A stretch of 64,000 bases of DNA. Origin: Candidatus Obscuribacterales bacterium (GTDB taxonomy: Bacteria > Cyanobacteriota > Vampirovibrionia > Obscuribacterales > Obscuribacteraceae). The notes under the pieces are model-generated. The model made no database searches. It was not told the DNA's origin and worked only from the letters and a program-made list of their open reading frames with translations. Position 1 is the stretch's first letter, and each line of letters begins with the position of its first letter. Location: assembly GCA_965228855.1 (NCBI GenBank), contig CBDDIJ010000005.1, positions 384,001 to 448,000 on the forward strand. Direction: 5' to 3'. Positions 37,375 to 47,775 of the stretch are shown here, piece by piece. Position numbers and translations under genes: made by a program.

Positions 37375-38409
37375 CTATTTACGGAATTCGCAAAGATCGC
37401 GCACACGGCTGTAAGCCGGGTCCGTCAATAGCTTTCCAGTTCCGATCACCACACAGGAAAGCGGATCGTCGGCGATGAAAACCGGCACTTCTGTTTCACT
37501 TGAGATAAGTTCATCAAGACCTTGAAGCAACGCGCCACCACCAACGATGACAATGCCGCGATTGTAGATGTCGGCAGCAAGTTCAGGCGGTGTTTTTTCA
37601 AGCGTTCTTTTGACGGCACCGACGATGGCTCTGAGCGGCTCAGCGATTGCTTCGCGGACTTCACCGCGACTGACAGTTACAGTGCGAGGCAAACCGTTGA
37701 TAAGATTCAATCCCCTGACGTTGTACTTGTCGTTTGTCTCCGTCTTCCAGGCAGAACCCAGACGGAACTTCAGTTCTTCAGCAGTCTTTTCGCCAACATC
37801 AAGACTGTGGACCTTCTTGAGATAAGTACGAATAGCGTCGTTGAGTTCGTCGCCCGCGATACGAATCGATTCATTGACGACGATGCCGGATAAGGATAGA
37901 ACTGCGACTTCTGTGGTACCGCCCCCGATATCAACGATCATTGAGCCGGTTGGCTCCGTCACAGGAAGCTCGGCTCCCATCGCAGCACACATCGGCTCTT
38001 CCGGCATGTAGATTCTCGAAGCCTTGGCATTCTCGGCCACTTGCTTAATCGCGATTTTTTCTACGCTTGTTATTCCTGCAGGAACGGCAATCACGATTTC
38101 CGGATTGCGCAACATCGTCTCCTGCTGAGATACACGTTTTATAAACTCGTTGAGCATAAACGTGGCATCATTCAGCTCAGCGATAACGCCGTCTCGCAAC
38201 GGCCGGCTTGCCCGCACTCCTTGTGGCGTGCGCCCGATCATCGCTCGCGCTTCTTCGCCTACAGCGATGGGCAGGTTGGTATTACTATCGATGGCAATCA
38301 CAGACGGCTCTCGGAGCACGACGCCATGACTTTCCACATATATAAGCGTATTAGCAGTGCCCAGGTCGACACCAACGCCTTTGCTGAAAAACCCTTTGAA
38401 CAAGCCCAC
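37375..38409 (-). CDS. mreB: Rod shape-determining protein MreB
   Basis: DLGTANT, EPSV, PLRDGVIA, DIGGGTTEVA, GGGALL. Confidence 0.97.
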   Translation of the reverse strand: MGLFKGFFSKGVGVDLGTANTLIYVESHGVVLREPSVIAIDSNTNLPIAVGEEARAMIGRTPQGVRASRPLRDGVIAELNDATFMLNEFIKRVSQQETMLRNPEIVIAVPAGITSVEKIAIKQVAENAKASRIYMPEEPMCAAMGAELPVTEPTGSMIVDIGGGTTEVAVLSLSGIVVNESIRIAGDELNDAIRTYLKKVHSLDVGEKTAEELKFRLGSAWKTETNDKYNVRGLNLINGLPRTVTVSRGEVREAIAEPLRAIVGAVKRTLEKTPPELAADIYNRGIVIVGGGALLQGLDELISSETEVPVFIADDPLSCVVIGTGKLLTDPAYSRVRDLCEFRK

Positions 38410-38519
38410 TTTCGCAACTCCCGACAGGGTGAAATAGCGCTACCAAAGTAAAGTCTAACACGCTAAATCGGCTTTATGTCAGTATAGAAGCCAGAAATAA
38501 GCGACTATATAAATGATCG

Positions 38520-38741
38520 CTACTTCTTGCGGCTTACTCCATATCCGATGACATTGCTCTTCACGAGCGTAAAGTCACCGTTATCGAGCGCGAGCGAAAA
38601 TGCGTGTTCATCAAACCAACGCAACTTTCCTGTGTAATTTCCACCATCGGCGGTCTTAAAAGTAAGCCGTTCACCGTCTTTGATAAACCGCTGTAGTTCA
38701 GCTATTGACGGGGGTTTCCCTTCGTTGCCGGAATTAGACAT
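38520..38741 (-). CDS. hfq: Hfq-like Sm-fold protein, cyanobacterial type
   Basis: PSIAELQRFIKD...GKLRWFD resembles the cyanobacterial Hfq pattern as I recall it (PSxRxxQ..IKD...GxxxWxD); 73 aa. Confidence 0.75.
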   Translation of the reverse strand: MSNSGNEGKPPSIAELQRFIKDGERLTFKTADGGNYTGKLRWFDEHAFSLALDNGDFTLVKSNVIGYGVSRKK

Positions 38742-38790
38742 CAGGTCTACCCTCTACTTATCGCTTGGCAGCTAATCGCGAGTCTGCTTC

Positions 38791-40020
38791 TTAAACGTCG
38801 GATGCGTCACGCAATTTTGCATTTTCAAGCTCAGCATCATGACGAATAGTCTTATGCTTGTTGACAACATACTGCCGCCCTTTCCAATTTACCTGAGCGC
38901 CAAACAGAACCAGATATGCAGAATGGATGTACAGGCAGGACACAGCGATTCCACCGAACGGGATCAGGAAGAAATGCCGCCAGTCTACTCCGGCGTGATG
39001 CTCGGTGGTTTTTCTCCACCAGAAGCCGAATATGATCCACTGAACCGCAACAAGCGACGTCAGACGCATCAAATTGCCGGAGACATCGCCCTCGTACCAT
39101 TCTGCGATAACCCAGGCAAGCTCGAGGTATGGAACGAGCAAAATCGTGTTCAACATAACGAGGATGAACACAAGGTTGAAAATTTTGCTGTCGATAAGCG
39201 AGTAGACATTCTTCGTCCATCCCTGCCAGAGAGACTCGAAGTCTGTGTACATGCGAACACTGTAAAGGGTTTTGCCATCAGCGACAGCAATCTTGTAACC
39301 CTTCTCCTTGAAGACGCGTCCGATTGCGTGATCTTCGACGATTTCATCACGAACGCTCTGGTGTCCACCGATCGCATGATACGAAGAGCGGCGACATAGA
39401 ATGTACTGTCCATAAGCGTATGCCCGCTCTGCTTCCGGGTCGTTGACTGTATGGAATGGATCGCCCAGTAAGAACGAGCTAAGCAAAACCGGCATGACAA
39501 GCCGCTCCCAGAAGCTTCCAAGCTCCTGCACGGGAACGAACGAAATCAAATCGATTTTGTTTGTAATAGCGTAAGAGACTGAGTCTCTGAGCGAGTTGGG
39601 ATGATGATACGTGTCAGCGTCGGTAAAAATGAAGAAATCACCGGATGCATACCCGACCGCATGAGCTAAAGCATTGCACTTGCCGATCCAGCCATCAGGC
39701 GCGTCCTTGCCCTGGACCGACTTGATACGCTTATCTTTCGCGGCGAACTCAGCGATTATCTGTCCGGTTGAGTCAGTAGAACGATCGTCGATGATGACGA
39801 CTTCGAAATTCGGGTAATTCTGCTTCAGGACTGAATCTATGCAGCGCGCGATTTTGGCTTCTTCATTACGCGCCGGAATAATCACAGAGACAAATGGCAA
39901 ATTCTTGTCTTCGAACTGCGAGCGCTCGACCGGTTTCAAAAGCGCGTAGAAAGCGCATGTGAGTCCGAAAAGACTCAGAATCAAAAGGGTGCTGATTAAA
40001 AAGATGCTGACTGAAATCAC
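38791..40020 (-). CDS. Family 2 glycosyltransferase, CrtQ/CruC/HpnB-like lipid or isoprenoid GT
   Basis: [43 protein letters not shown]-terminal TMs, WKGR. Confidence 0.85.
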   Translation of the reverse strand: MISVSIFLISTLLILSLFGLTCAFYALLKPVERSQFEDKNLPFVSVIIPARNEEAKIARCIDSVLKQNYPNFEVVIIDDRSTDSTGQIIAEFAAKDKRIKSVQGKDAPDGWIGKCNALAHAVGYASGDFFIFTDADTYHHPNSLRDSVSYAITNKIDLISFVPVQELGSFWERLVMPVLLSSFLLGDPFHTVNDPEAERAYAYGQYILCRRSSYHAIGGHQSVRDEIVEDHAIGRVFKEKGYKIAVADGKTLYSVRMYTDFESLWQGWTKNVYSLIDSKIFNLVFILVMLNTILLVPYLELAWVIAEWYEGDVSGNLMRLTSLVAVQWIIFGFWWRKTTEHHAGVDWRHFFLIPFGGIAVSCLYIHSAYLVLFGAQVNWKGRQYVVNKHKTIRHDAELENAKLRDASDV

Positions 40021-40895
40021 CCTGCGGCACCACCGTATTCGTAGAATCCCTTACCAGTTTTTCGTCCAAGATGGCCCGCCGAAACGAGCTGCCGGAGAAG
40101 CGGACAAGGTCGGTACTTCGGATCTCCGAAACCCTCCTGCAGCGTCTCCATGACGTGAAGAACAATATCCAGTCCGACGAAGTCGGCTAGAGCAAGCGGT
40201 CCCATTGGATGGTTGTAACCGAGTGTCATGCCGAGGTCGATTTCCTCGGGAGAGGAGAGCCCCTCCATCAGAGCAAAAGCGGCTTCGTTGATCAGGCAAA
40301 GACCCAATCTCGTTGTGATGAATCCGGGGAAATCCTTCGACTTGATGATCGTCTTGCCCATTTCTTCGCCGAATTGCCTGACTTTGGCGACTGTGTCAGA
40401 CGAAGTGTCGCATCCGGGAATGATTTCGAGCAGTTTCATCACATGCGCAGGCGAGAAGAAGTGCATGCCGATGAAACGGTCGGCGCGTTTCGTGGCAGAA
40501 GCCAGACTGGTAATCGGCAAGGAAGATGTATTTGAGGCGAAAACAGTGTCAGCCTTGCAAATCTCGTCGAGCTTCTTGAAAAGGTTTCGCTTAACATCGA
40601 GGTCTTCAACAATCGCCTCGATGACAAGATCGCAGTCCTTTGCATCCTCTAAAGATGTTGTCGAGACGATTCGCTTCTTGACGTCTGCGAGTCCTTCATG
40701 GGTTAGAACTCCTTTCTCGACGGATTTCTTACCGAATTTGTCGATCTCGCCCGCCGCCTGCTTGAGCGCCGCTTCTGAGACGTCGTACAGGTGGACGGTG
40801 GCTGTGGTTTTCGTGGCAATCAGGTAAGCAATGGCTCTACCCATAAAGCCGCTGCCAGACATGAAAACCTTTGAAAAGGTCGCTGCGGTTGGCAT
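40017..40895 (-). CDS. hbd: 3-hydroxybutyryl/3-hydroxyacyl-CoA dehydrogenase
   Basis: [50 protein letters not shown]. Confidence 0.92.
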   Translation of the reverse strand: MPTAATFSKVFMSGSGFMGRAIAYLIATKTTATVHLYDVSEAALKQAAGEIDKFGKKSVEKGVLTHEGLADVKKRIVSTTSLEDAKDCDLVIEAIVEDLDVKRNLFKKLDEICKADTVFASNTSSLPITSLASATKRADRFIGMHFFSPAHVMKLLEIIPGCDTSSDTVAKVRQFGEEMGKTIIKSKDFPGFITTRLGLCLINEAAFALMEGLSSPEEIDLGMTLGYNHPMGPLALADFVGLDIVLHVMETLQEGFGDPKYRPCPLLRQLVSAGHLGRKTGKGFYEYGGAAG

Positions 40896-41158
40896 TTGAA
40901 GATTCCTAGTAATCCACCAATAACGACAAGATCCTAGCATCAAATAGAAAAAGGCGTCGAGACGGGTGCAACACAATAAGAACTGTCAGGATCGACAAGT
41001 CGCCTCGAAAAATGATTTTTTCGTGTTTTCTAATTCCTTTTTAGTGCGTTGCTGATAGCTTGATAAACCAACTTCGCATATCGCCAGAGTAAAACTGATT
41101 TTACTTTTTCGATAAGCCGGACCCTGCCACTCGTGTCAAAAACCGAAAGAGAGACGCA

Positions 41159-42991
41159 ATGTTCAAGAAAATTCTTATTGCCAACCGTGGAGAGATTGCC
41201 GTTCGAGTCATTCAAGCCTGCCGCGAGCTTGACATCAAAGCCGTCGCAATTTTTTCGGAACCGGACAAAGACGGCAAGCACGTTCGCCTCGCTGACGAAG
41301 CCTGGAAGCTTGAGGGTCAGCCTGGAAAGGTTTACTTGGACTATCAACAAATACTCGAAATAGCGAAACGCGCAGGGGCGGAGGCTGTTCACCCCGGATA
41401 CGGTTTTCTCGCTGAAAACCAGGATTTCGCTCAGGCTTGTATAGACCAGGGCATCAAGTTCATCGGTCCGATGCCTGATGTGATTAAGCGTATGGGCTCC
41501 AAAGTCGAGTCGCGACGCGTGATGAAAGACGCGGGAGTCCCCGTCGTTCCCGGCACGACCGACCCCGTAACCGACCCTGCGGAAGTCAAAAAGCTTGGTA
41601 TCAAATACGGTTATCCTCTGGCTATCAAAGCCAGCGCCGGTGGTGGCGGTCGAGGATTGCGCGTGGTTCGCAAAGATGAGGACGTCGACAACGCCTTGTC
41701 CGGAGCACAACGTGAAGGAGCAAGCTACTTCGGCTCAGACGAAGTATATGTCGAAAAGTATTTGGATAAACCGAGACACATCGAAGTTCAGGTCATTGGA
41801 GACGAGCACGGCAACGTCGTTCATTTGTACGAACGGGATTGTTCAAGTCAACGCCGCCACCAGAAGCTGGTCGAAGAAACGCCGGCTGCGAAACTCGATC
41901 CAGGTCTCAAGGCCAGACTTCTCGAAGCCGCTGTTAAAGGAACGAAAGCACTCAATTACACTTCAGCCGGCACACTCGAATTCATGGTCGCCCAGGACGA
42001 GTTCTACTTTTTAGAGATGAACACTCGCGTCCAGGTAGAGCATCCGATTTCCGAGATGACGACTGGCGTAGACATCGTCAAAGAACAGATTCTCGTGGCT
42101 GCAGGGCACCCGCTTTCGTTTAAACAGGAAGAGATCAGCCAGCGTGGACATGCAATTGAATGCCGCATCAATGCAGAGGACGTGAATAAAAACTTCTTGC
42201 CGAACCCGGGAGACATCAGCGTGTATGTTGAACCGTCGTTGCCCTGGGTTCGAGTCGATAGCGCTTGTTACTCAGGCTATAAAGTAATTCCTTTCTACGA
42301 TTCGCTTCTCGCGAAGCTGGTCGTCTGGGGACGTACTAGACAGGAAGCGATTGCTAGAACACGAATAGCTCTTCGCGATTTCAAAATCCAGGGCGTGAAT
42401 ACCACAATACCGTTTCATCTAGCCATCATGGATGATCCAACCTTCCAAGCCGGCGAAGTACATACTTCATACGTCGAGCAAGAGTTTATGAAGCATTGGA
42501 AAGAAATCGCTGAAAAGTATTCGGTGGCGAAACCAGCTTCAGCTACCGCTTCGCCGGCAGGTGGAAACGGTGATGCGGCAGCGTCTGCGCTGCCGGAACG
42601 CTCGGAAGCACGTTCTTTCGAAGTGGAAGTAAATCAGAGAATGTTCAAGGTCGCCGTTGCGGAACTTGTTGAACCCGGGAAGGCGCGAGTGGCTGCCACC
42701 ACAAGCGGTGCAGCACCGAGAGCGGCGGCAACCGCGGCAAAGCCGAAGCGCTCAACCTCCATCTCCACAGCAAAGCCGGGTGAGATTCGCTCGACAATGA
42801 ACGGCGTCGTAAAAGACATCGTCGTCAAAGTTGGTGATAAAGTCGAGAATGGACAACGCGTGATCGTTTTCGAAGCAATGAAGATGGAATCGGATTTGAA
42901 CGCAAATAAGACCGGCACCGTATCCGGTATTAAGGTCAAAGTCGGTGAAACGGTTGAAAACGATGTTCTGCTTCTGACAATCGACGACTAA
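41159..42991 (+). CDS. accC: Biotin carboxylase fused to biotin carboxyl carrier domain (acyl-CoA carboxylase alpha subunit)
   Basis: KILIANRGEIA, HPGYGFLAEN, GGGGRG, EMNTRVQVEH, YDSLLAKL; C-terminal EAMKM biotinylation motif. Confidence 0.93.
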   Translation: MFKKILIANRGEIAVRVIQACRELDIKAVAIFSEPDKDGKHVRLADEAWKLEGQPGKVYLDYQQILEIAKRAGAEAVHPGYGFLAENQDFAQACIDQGIKFIGPMPDVIKRMGSKVESRRVMKDAGVPVVPGTTDPVTDPAEVKKLGIKYGYPLAIKASAGGGGRGLRVVRKDEDVDNALSGAQREGASYFGSDEVYVEKYLDKPRHIEVQVIGDEHGNVVHLYERDCSSQRRHQKLVEETPAAKLDPGLKARLLEAAVKGTKALNYTSAGTLEFMVAQDEFYFLEMNTRVQVEHPISEMTTGVDIVKEQILVAAGHPLSFKQEEISQRGHAIECRINAEDVNKNFLPNPGDISVYVEPSLPWVRVDSACYSGYKVIPFYDSLLAKLVVWGRTRQEAIARTRIALRDFKIQGVNTTIPFHLAIMDDPTFQAGEVHTSYVEQEFMKHWKEIAEKYSVAKPASATASPAGGNGDAAASALPERSEARSFEVEVNQRMFKVAVAELVEPGKARVAATTSGAAPRAAATAAKPKRSTSISTAKPGEIRSTMNGVVKDIVVKVGDKVENGQRVIVFEAMKMESDLNANKTGTVSGIKVKVGETVENDVLLLTIDD

Positions 42992-43024
42992 AAAACGCAA
43001 CTAGAGAAACAATCAGGAGATCCA

Positions 43025-43510
43025 GTGCCTTCACCGAATTTCAGAATAGGACACGGTTTCGACATCCACAAATTGGGTGAAGGTATTCCACTGATTCTAG
43101 GTGGAATTAAAATTCCGCATACAAAAGGAAGTGTCGGGCACTCGGATGGCGATGTCGTCACTCACGCAATAATCGACGCATTGCTCGGCGCTGCGGCGAT
43201 GGGAGATATCGGAACACATTTCCCTCCCTCGGACGATTCGATCAAAGGCATCGACAGTATCCGAATGCTTGCAAAAATCATGGAGCTTTTGACCGCTGAA
43301 GGCTACATGGTTGGAAACGTCGATACTACAATCGTTTTGGAGAAACCAAAACTGTCTCCGCACTATCCAGGTATGCGCACCCGCCTGGCAGAAGTTTTGC
43401 GGATAGATGAAGATCGCATCGGTTTAAAAGCAAAGACATATGAGAAGATGGGCGACATTGGCGAGGGCAATGCAATTGCCGCTTACGCAGTCGCCTTGAT
43501 CTTCAAATAG
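43025..43510 (+). CDS. ispF: 2-C-methyl-D-erythritol 2,4-cyclodiphosphate synthase
   Basis: RIGHGFDIH, GHSDGDVVTHA, GDIGTHFP, KAKT.EKMG. Confidence 0.97.
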   Translation: MPSPNFRIGHGFDIHKLGEGIPLILGGIKIPHTKGSVGHSDGDVVTHAIIDALLGAAAMGDIGTHFPPSDDSIKGIDSIRMLAKIMELLTAEGYMVGNVDTTIVLEKPKLSPHYPGMRTRLAEVLRIDEDRIGLKAKTYEKMGDIGEGNAIAAYAVALIFK

Positions 43511-43545
43511 GAACGCGCACGACTCACTTACATTCAGGAGCGCAC

Positions 43546-45285
43546 ATGATGTCAGATGGCAATGTAGAAGTTCTTATAGTCGGCGCCGGTCCTACCGGAC
43601 TCACTCTAGCGTGTGAACTGGCAAGACACGGAGTAAGCTTCCGTATCGTCGATAAAAACGCGGTTGCCTCGGACCTCTCGAAGGCGCTCGCAGTTCATGC
43701 CCGCACGCTTGAAGTCTTCGAAGATATGGGCATCGTAGACCGATTTTTGACTTTCGGACTAAAACTGAAGGCAATCAACGTGTACGCCGATGAAAAGCAA
43801 ATCGCGCACATGACGCTCGACGAGCTGGATAGCGCTTACTCATTTGCTCTGTCGCTCCCGCAGAGCGATACAGAACGAATACTTATGGAGCGGCTTGCAG
43901 AGCTCGGTTACGCAGTTGAGCGCTCGGTAGAAGTAGTTGAACTCAGCCAGAACGACGATGGCGTCGAGTGCAAGGTGAAGAGTCCTCACAACGGCGAAGA
44001 ATCAATCAAAACACGATGGGTTGTGGGTTGCGATGGTGCGCACAGCATCGTTCGCAAGCAACTGAAGCTTGATTTTGAAGGCACCAAGTATCCGGACTTA
44101 CTGCAACTCGGCGACGTTGAAGTGCATGGACCACTCGTACATGATGAATTGTACGTGCTCAATTCCGACAAAGGATTGATCGCGCTATTCCCATATGGCG
44201 GCAACAGGTATCGCCTGGCAGCGGTGGACCTGGACAGGGACAGCAAAGGAGAGTCGGACGTTTTACCCGAGCCATCGCTTGAGGATCTTCAAGCTCTCGT
44301 CGATGAGCGATCGCTGTTTCCGCTCAAACTATCAAACATGCACTGGTCTGCAGCGCTCTATTTGCAACGACGACACGTAACCCACTACCGTGTCGGGAAC
44401 TGTTTTCTCGCCGGCGACGCCGCGCACATACACAGCCCGGCGGGCGGTCAAGGCATGAACACAGGAATTCAAGACAGTTACAATCTGGCGTGGAAAATGG
44501 CTCTGGTTTCACGTGGTGTTTCCAGCGATTTGCTCCTCGATTCGTACAACGCGGAACGCCTTGGTATCGCCATTGATGTTTTGAAACTTACGGATTTCAT
44601 GATGAAGGTCAACACGCTAAAAAATCCTGTAGCGAAAAAACTCAGAGACACATTGGCTCCGGTTCTCTCAGCACAAGAGGTTGTTCAGAAACGTGCTCGC
44701 AGCGGCATTGCGGAATTATCATTGAACTATCGAGATAGTCCTATTGTCGAAGAGCACGTCTCCTCCATCGTAGAGGCAATTGCGCCTAAGCAAGACATGC
44801 CATCACTCTCGGATCACTTTGCGTTTAAAAACGGTCCGGAAGCGGGAGATCGAGCGCCGGATGCTTTCCTCAAGGCGCCAACCGTAGGCAAGGATGAACA
44901 GGAAAAGGATCCACTACGATTGTATGAGATTCTTCATGGCACAAGGCACGTCCTTCTGATCTTTTCTGGTGACGAGACCACTCACGAAGAAATTGACCTG
45001 TTTAAAGCTACCGCCGTTAGTATCGGTAAACTCCCGGATGGTCTGGTTGAAACGGTCATTATAGTAGACTCAGAAGACAGCAAAAGGCATTGCGCGCAGC
45101 TTGATACCATAGACAATTTCCGAGTGCTCTGCGACTGGGAGATGTCCACACATCACCGTTACGGCGCCGGCGCCAATTGCATGTATTTGATCAGACCGGA
45201 TGGTTACGTTGGGTTTAGATCACAACCAATGGATTTGGATCTGTTGAATTCATACTTCAAACGCATTTTCGATAAGTCGTTTTAA
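43546..45285 (+). CDS. FAD-dependent aromatic monooxygenase, PheA/TfdB/PcpB family
   Basis: GAGPTGL, GCDGAHS, LAGDAAHIHSPAGGQGMNTGIQD, C-terminal LIRPDGYVG. Confidence 0.92.
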   Translation: MMSDGNVEVLIVGAGPTGLTLACELARHGVSFRIVDKNAVASDLSKALAVHARTLEVFEDMGIVDRFLTFGLKLKAINVYADEKQIAHMTLDELDSAYSFALSLPQSDTERILMERLAELGYAVERSVEVVELSQNDDGVECKVKSPHNGEESIKTRWVVGCDGAHSIVRKQLKLDFEGTKYPDLLQLGDVEVHGPLVHDELYVLNSDKGLIALFPYGGNRYRLAAVDLDRDSKGESDVLPEPSLEDLQALVDERSLFPLKLSNMHWSAALYLQRRHVTHYRVGNCFLAGDAAHIHSPAGGQGMNTGIQDSYNLAWKMALVSRGVSSDLLLDSYNAERLGIAIDVLKLTDFMMKVNTLKNPVAKKLRDTLAPVLSAQEVVQKRARSGIAELSLNYRDSPIVEEHVSSIVEAIAPKQDMPSLSDHFAFKNGPEAGDRAPDAFLKAPTVGKDEQEKDPLRLYEILHGTRHVLLIFSGDETTHEEIDLFKATAVSIGKLPDGLVETVIIVDSEDSKRHCAQLDTIDNFRVLCDWEMSTHHRYGAGANCMYLIRPDGYVGFRSQPMDLDLLNSYFKRIFDKSF

Positions 45286-45288
45286 ACG

Positions 45289-46821
45289 CTACTTTTCTTC
45301 ATAGCCCTTTCCGACCTTCTCGTCAACGATTTGATCGTAGTACTGTTTTGCAGCACTGCTGTTGGGAAACGACTTCGTTTTTTCCTGCCCGTTCGTGCCG
45401 ATCCGACCGTATTTGACCGTAACATCATTGCCGTTCAGCACAATCGACCAGAATTTGCTGGACGAGCCTTCCACAAATTCGAAATATCTTGGCTGTTTGC
45501 CATCAGAAGTACTGCCACCAACTGCGGTGCCGCCTGTTTCGGGCGCAAGACTTTTCTCCTCAGGCGAAAACTGATTTGTTGAACCCACCAGGGACTGATG
45601 ACAATCAGAACAATAACAAAAGTGCGCTCCAACAACGGCTGGTTGAATAATTTCGATATCAGTTTCTGAGACTGCCCGCGGGGAGAAGTTCAACACATTG
45701 CTTTTAGTAGTAGAATTCACGACATCCCCCATCACTTCATCCGGCAAACTGTCGACATCGATTCTCGCACGCACGAATGATGGAAACCTCGGCACGCCGG
45801 CATCGGTCAATTCCTGGTAGCGGAAAGTTACGATACTGCCAATGGGCGGCGGATTGGCTCGCTCTTTGTCGGTGAAACCGGTACCGATAGCAAACTTTAT
45901 CCCGTTGGAAAGTTCGACACTGAGAGCCCCCATCTTGCCTTTGTGCTTTCCGGTTCCAGGCAAATATTCGAGGACGCGCGCCTCGGCATCATGAAAGGTT
46001 TTGACTTTGAGCAAACTGTGAGAACGGCCGTACTCATAACGCGAGTTAGGTTGCCGAAGCATAAGACCTTCACCGCCTGCAGCCTCCACTCGCTTCAACT
46101 CCTCAGTCAAATGCGCAACGTCGCGGCATCGTTCTTGCAAGTGAGGAGTCGCGTAACGAGGTCGGGTTTCATCCAACAGCTGCTGAAGATAAGCCATCCG
46201 CGCCTCGAAGACGTCGTCGACCTGAGGCGCATCGAATACGAGATACTTAACTTCTTCCCATTCCTTACCGCGATCCTGCCGCCGAACGATACTCACCGTG
46301 CGTTGAAACGTTTTGCGAGCAATCCATAACTCACCGTCAAGATGCACATCGCTAGGTAGGTCTTCGGTAAACCAATCCGGAGCCGTAAAGATGTTGCCCT
46401 GGCGAGAAACAAACTGTTTACCATCCCAATAAGCGCGCACGCCATCGAGTTTCTCGCTCATCCACCAACCGGTTAGGTCGGATGAGTTGTCCCAGGCGTG
46501 TGCAAGCAAAATACCTGGAATCAGTTCCTCTACTGCGCCACCACTAGCGCCACTAGAGGAAACTGGTAAGGCGATTCTTGAAGGGAATTTCGATTTAGCA
46601 GTCACGGCCTTCGCAGGTAACTCACCGCCCAGACGCTCGATTTCCGCCGCATCACCACGATATTTGCGCAGATGTTTGCACGTTCGCTTCTCGATCGGAT
46701 GCGATTGCGTCCGCCATGCAGGACAGCTGCAAGAGTAAACCCCGCCGGTATTCTTCAAAATATACGGATCCTTCGCTGAGCCCTGAATTTCTACCGATTC
46801 ACCATCTTCAATATCCGGCAT
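45289..46821 (-). CDS. SWIM Zn-finger, ATP-dependent DNA ligase, WGR-domain fusion
   Basis: CSCPAW...CKH (SWIM); SEKLDGVRA (motif I), LDGELW, FDAP, GEGLMLR, LLKVK, OB domain PRFP; SSKFW...YGRIGTNGQ...KGY (WGR). Confidence 0.9.
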   Translation of the reverse strand: MPDIEDGESVEIQGSAKDPYILKNTGGVYSCSCPAWRTQSHPIEKRTCKHLRKYRGDAAEIERLGGELPAKAVTAKSKFPSRIALPVSSSGASGGAVEELIPGILLAHAWDNSSDLTGWWMSEKLDGVRAYWDGKQFVSRQGNIFTAPDWFTEDLPSDVHLDGELWIARKTFQRTVSIVRRQDRGKEWEEVKYLVFDAPQVDDVFEARMAYLQQLLDETRPRYATPHLQERCRDVAHLTEELKRVEAAGGEGLMLRQPNSRYEYGRSHSLLKVKTFHDAEARVLEYLPGTGKHKGKMGALSVELSNGIKFAIGTGFTDKERANPPPIGSIVTFRYQELTDAGVPRFPSFVRARIDVDSLPDEVMGDVVNSTTKSNVLNFSPRAVSETDIEIIQPAVVGAHFCYCSDCHQSLVGSTNQFSPEEKSLAPETGGTAVGGSTSDGKQPRYFEFVEGSSSKFWSIVLNGNDVTVKYGRIGTNGQEKTKSFPNSSAAKQYYDQIVDEKVGKGYEEK

Positions 46822-46915
46822 CGTACACCCTCGTCGACTGCGGGTAATTTGCCACATAACGCAGGCATCAAATCGTCAGCCCGATTAACTTTACGAGCTG
46901 GCGAACGCCATTGAC

Positions 46916-47770
46916 TCAAACAACCAGTGGTATGCGCTCGAGTACGCCATCTCCGAAGGTTGCATAAAGACCGAGTTCGTTCATGTGGACATAGCCGATG
47001 TGACATCCGCAAACGGAGTTCGTGCATGGCGTTTCGATCAAGGCGCTCTCGAAGTTCGGATCGTAGATGTTCGCCACGGTCCCGGAAATGAAATGACAGC
47101 GCTTTATGTCACCCGCACCATCGACGGAAATGACTGCGGAACCCGCACGGCAAGCCTTCCCAAGACTTGAATGGTACTGATTATTGATAGGAAACATTGG
47201 ATCGATTGACGTCAAAAACTCAACCTCACCAGCCTCGTAGTAGTTTTCAACCCGCTTGAAAGCATTGACCCACAGGTAAACCCCAGGGGATAACTCACGA
47301 CGTAAGGAAACGATATCGTCGAAGTGCTCACGCAGTCCAACTACGCCGACAGAGAAACGTATTCCGCGCTCCTCCAGTTCGAGGCATTTCGAGAGGAAAC
47401 GTTCTCGCGGCGTTTCAGTTGGATGGAAGGTAGTCCACAAAGCTAGCTTGGCCCTGTCGCATCGCTCCACCCAGTCCAAATTGCAAGAAAGATTTGTTTG
47501 AATCGCAGCCTTGTCTATGGTATCGCTGGCGGTGAGGGCTATAAGTGCATCCTGATACCGTTTCCGAATTAAAGCTTCGCCCCATGGAGTGAACAAAACT
47601 GACAGGCGGAATTTCGTTTGAGATGTAGCCCACCTCACGAATCGCTTGAGCTGACGCTCATCTTCGGCGTGTTCCTCAACGGTTTCATGATGCTTCGCAA
47701 ACGGGCAATACTCACAACCGTAGTTGCAACTAGAGAGCGGACCGCGATAAAGGATTGATAGACTCTTCAA
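46916..47770 (-). CDS. STM4011-family radical SAM protein
   Basis: ILYRGPLSSCNYGCEYCPFAK, FTPWGEAL, QTNLS, C-terminal Cys cluster (RCHF...CGCHIGYVH). Confidence 0.88.
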   Translation of the reverse strand: MKSLSILYRGPLSSCNYGCEYCPFAKHHETVEEHAEDERQLKRFVRWATSQTKFRLSVLFTPWGEALIRKRYQDALIALTASDTIDKAAIQTNLSCNLDWVERCDRAKLALWTTFHPTETPRERFLSKCLELEERGIRFSVGVVGLREHFDDIVSLRRELSPGVYLWVNAFKRVENYYEAGEVEFLTSIDPMFPINNQYHSSLGKACRAGSAVISVDGAGDIKRCHFISGTVANIYDPNFESALIETPCTNSVCGCHIGYVHMNELGLYATFGDGVLERIPLVV

Positions 47771-47775
47771 AGAAT

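Noticed and set aside
41030..41710. 226-aa minus-strand ORF
   Set aside because: Antisense to the biotin carboxylase; no recognisable family
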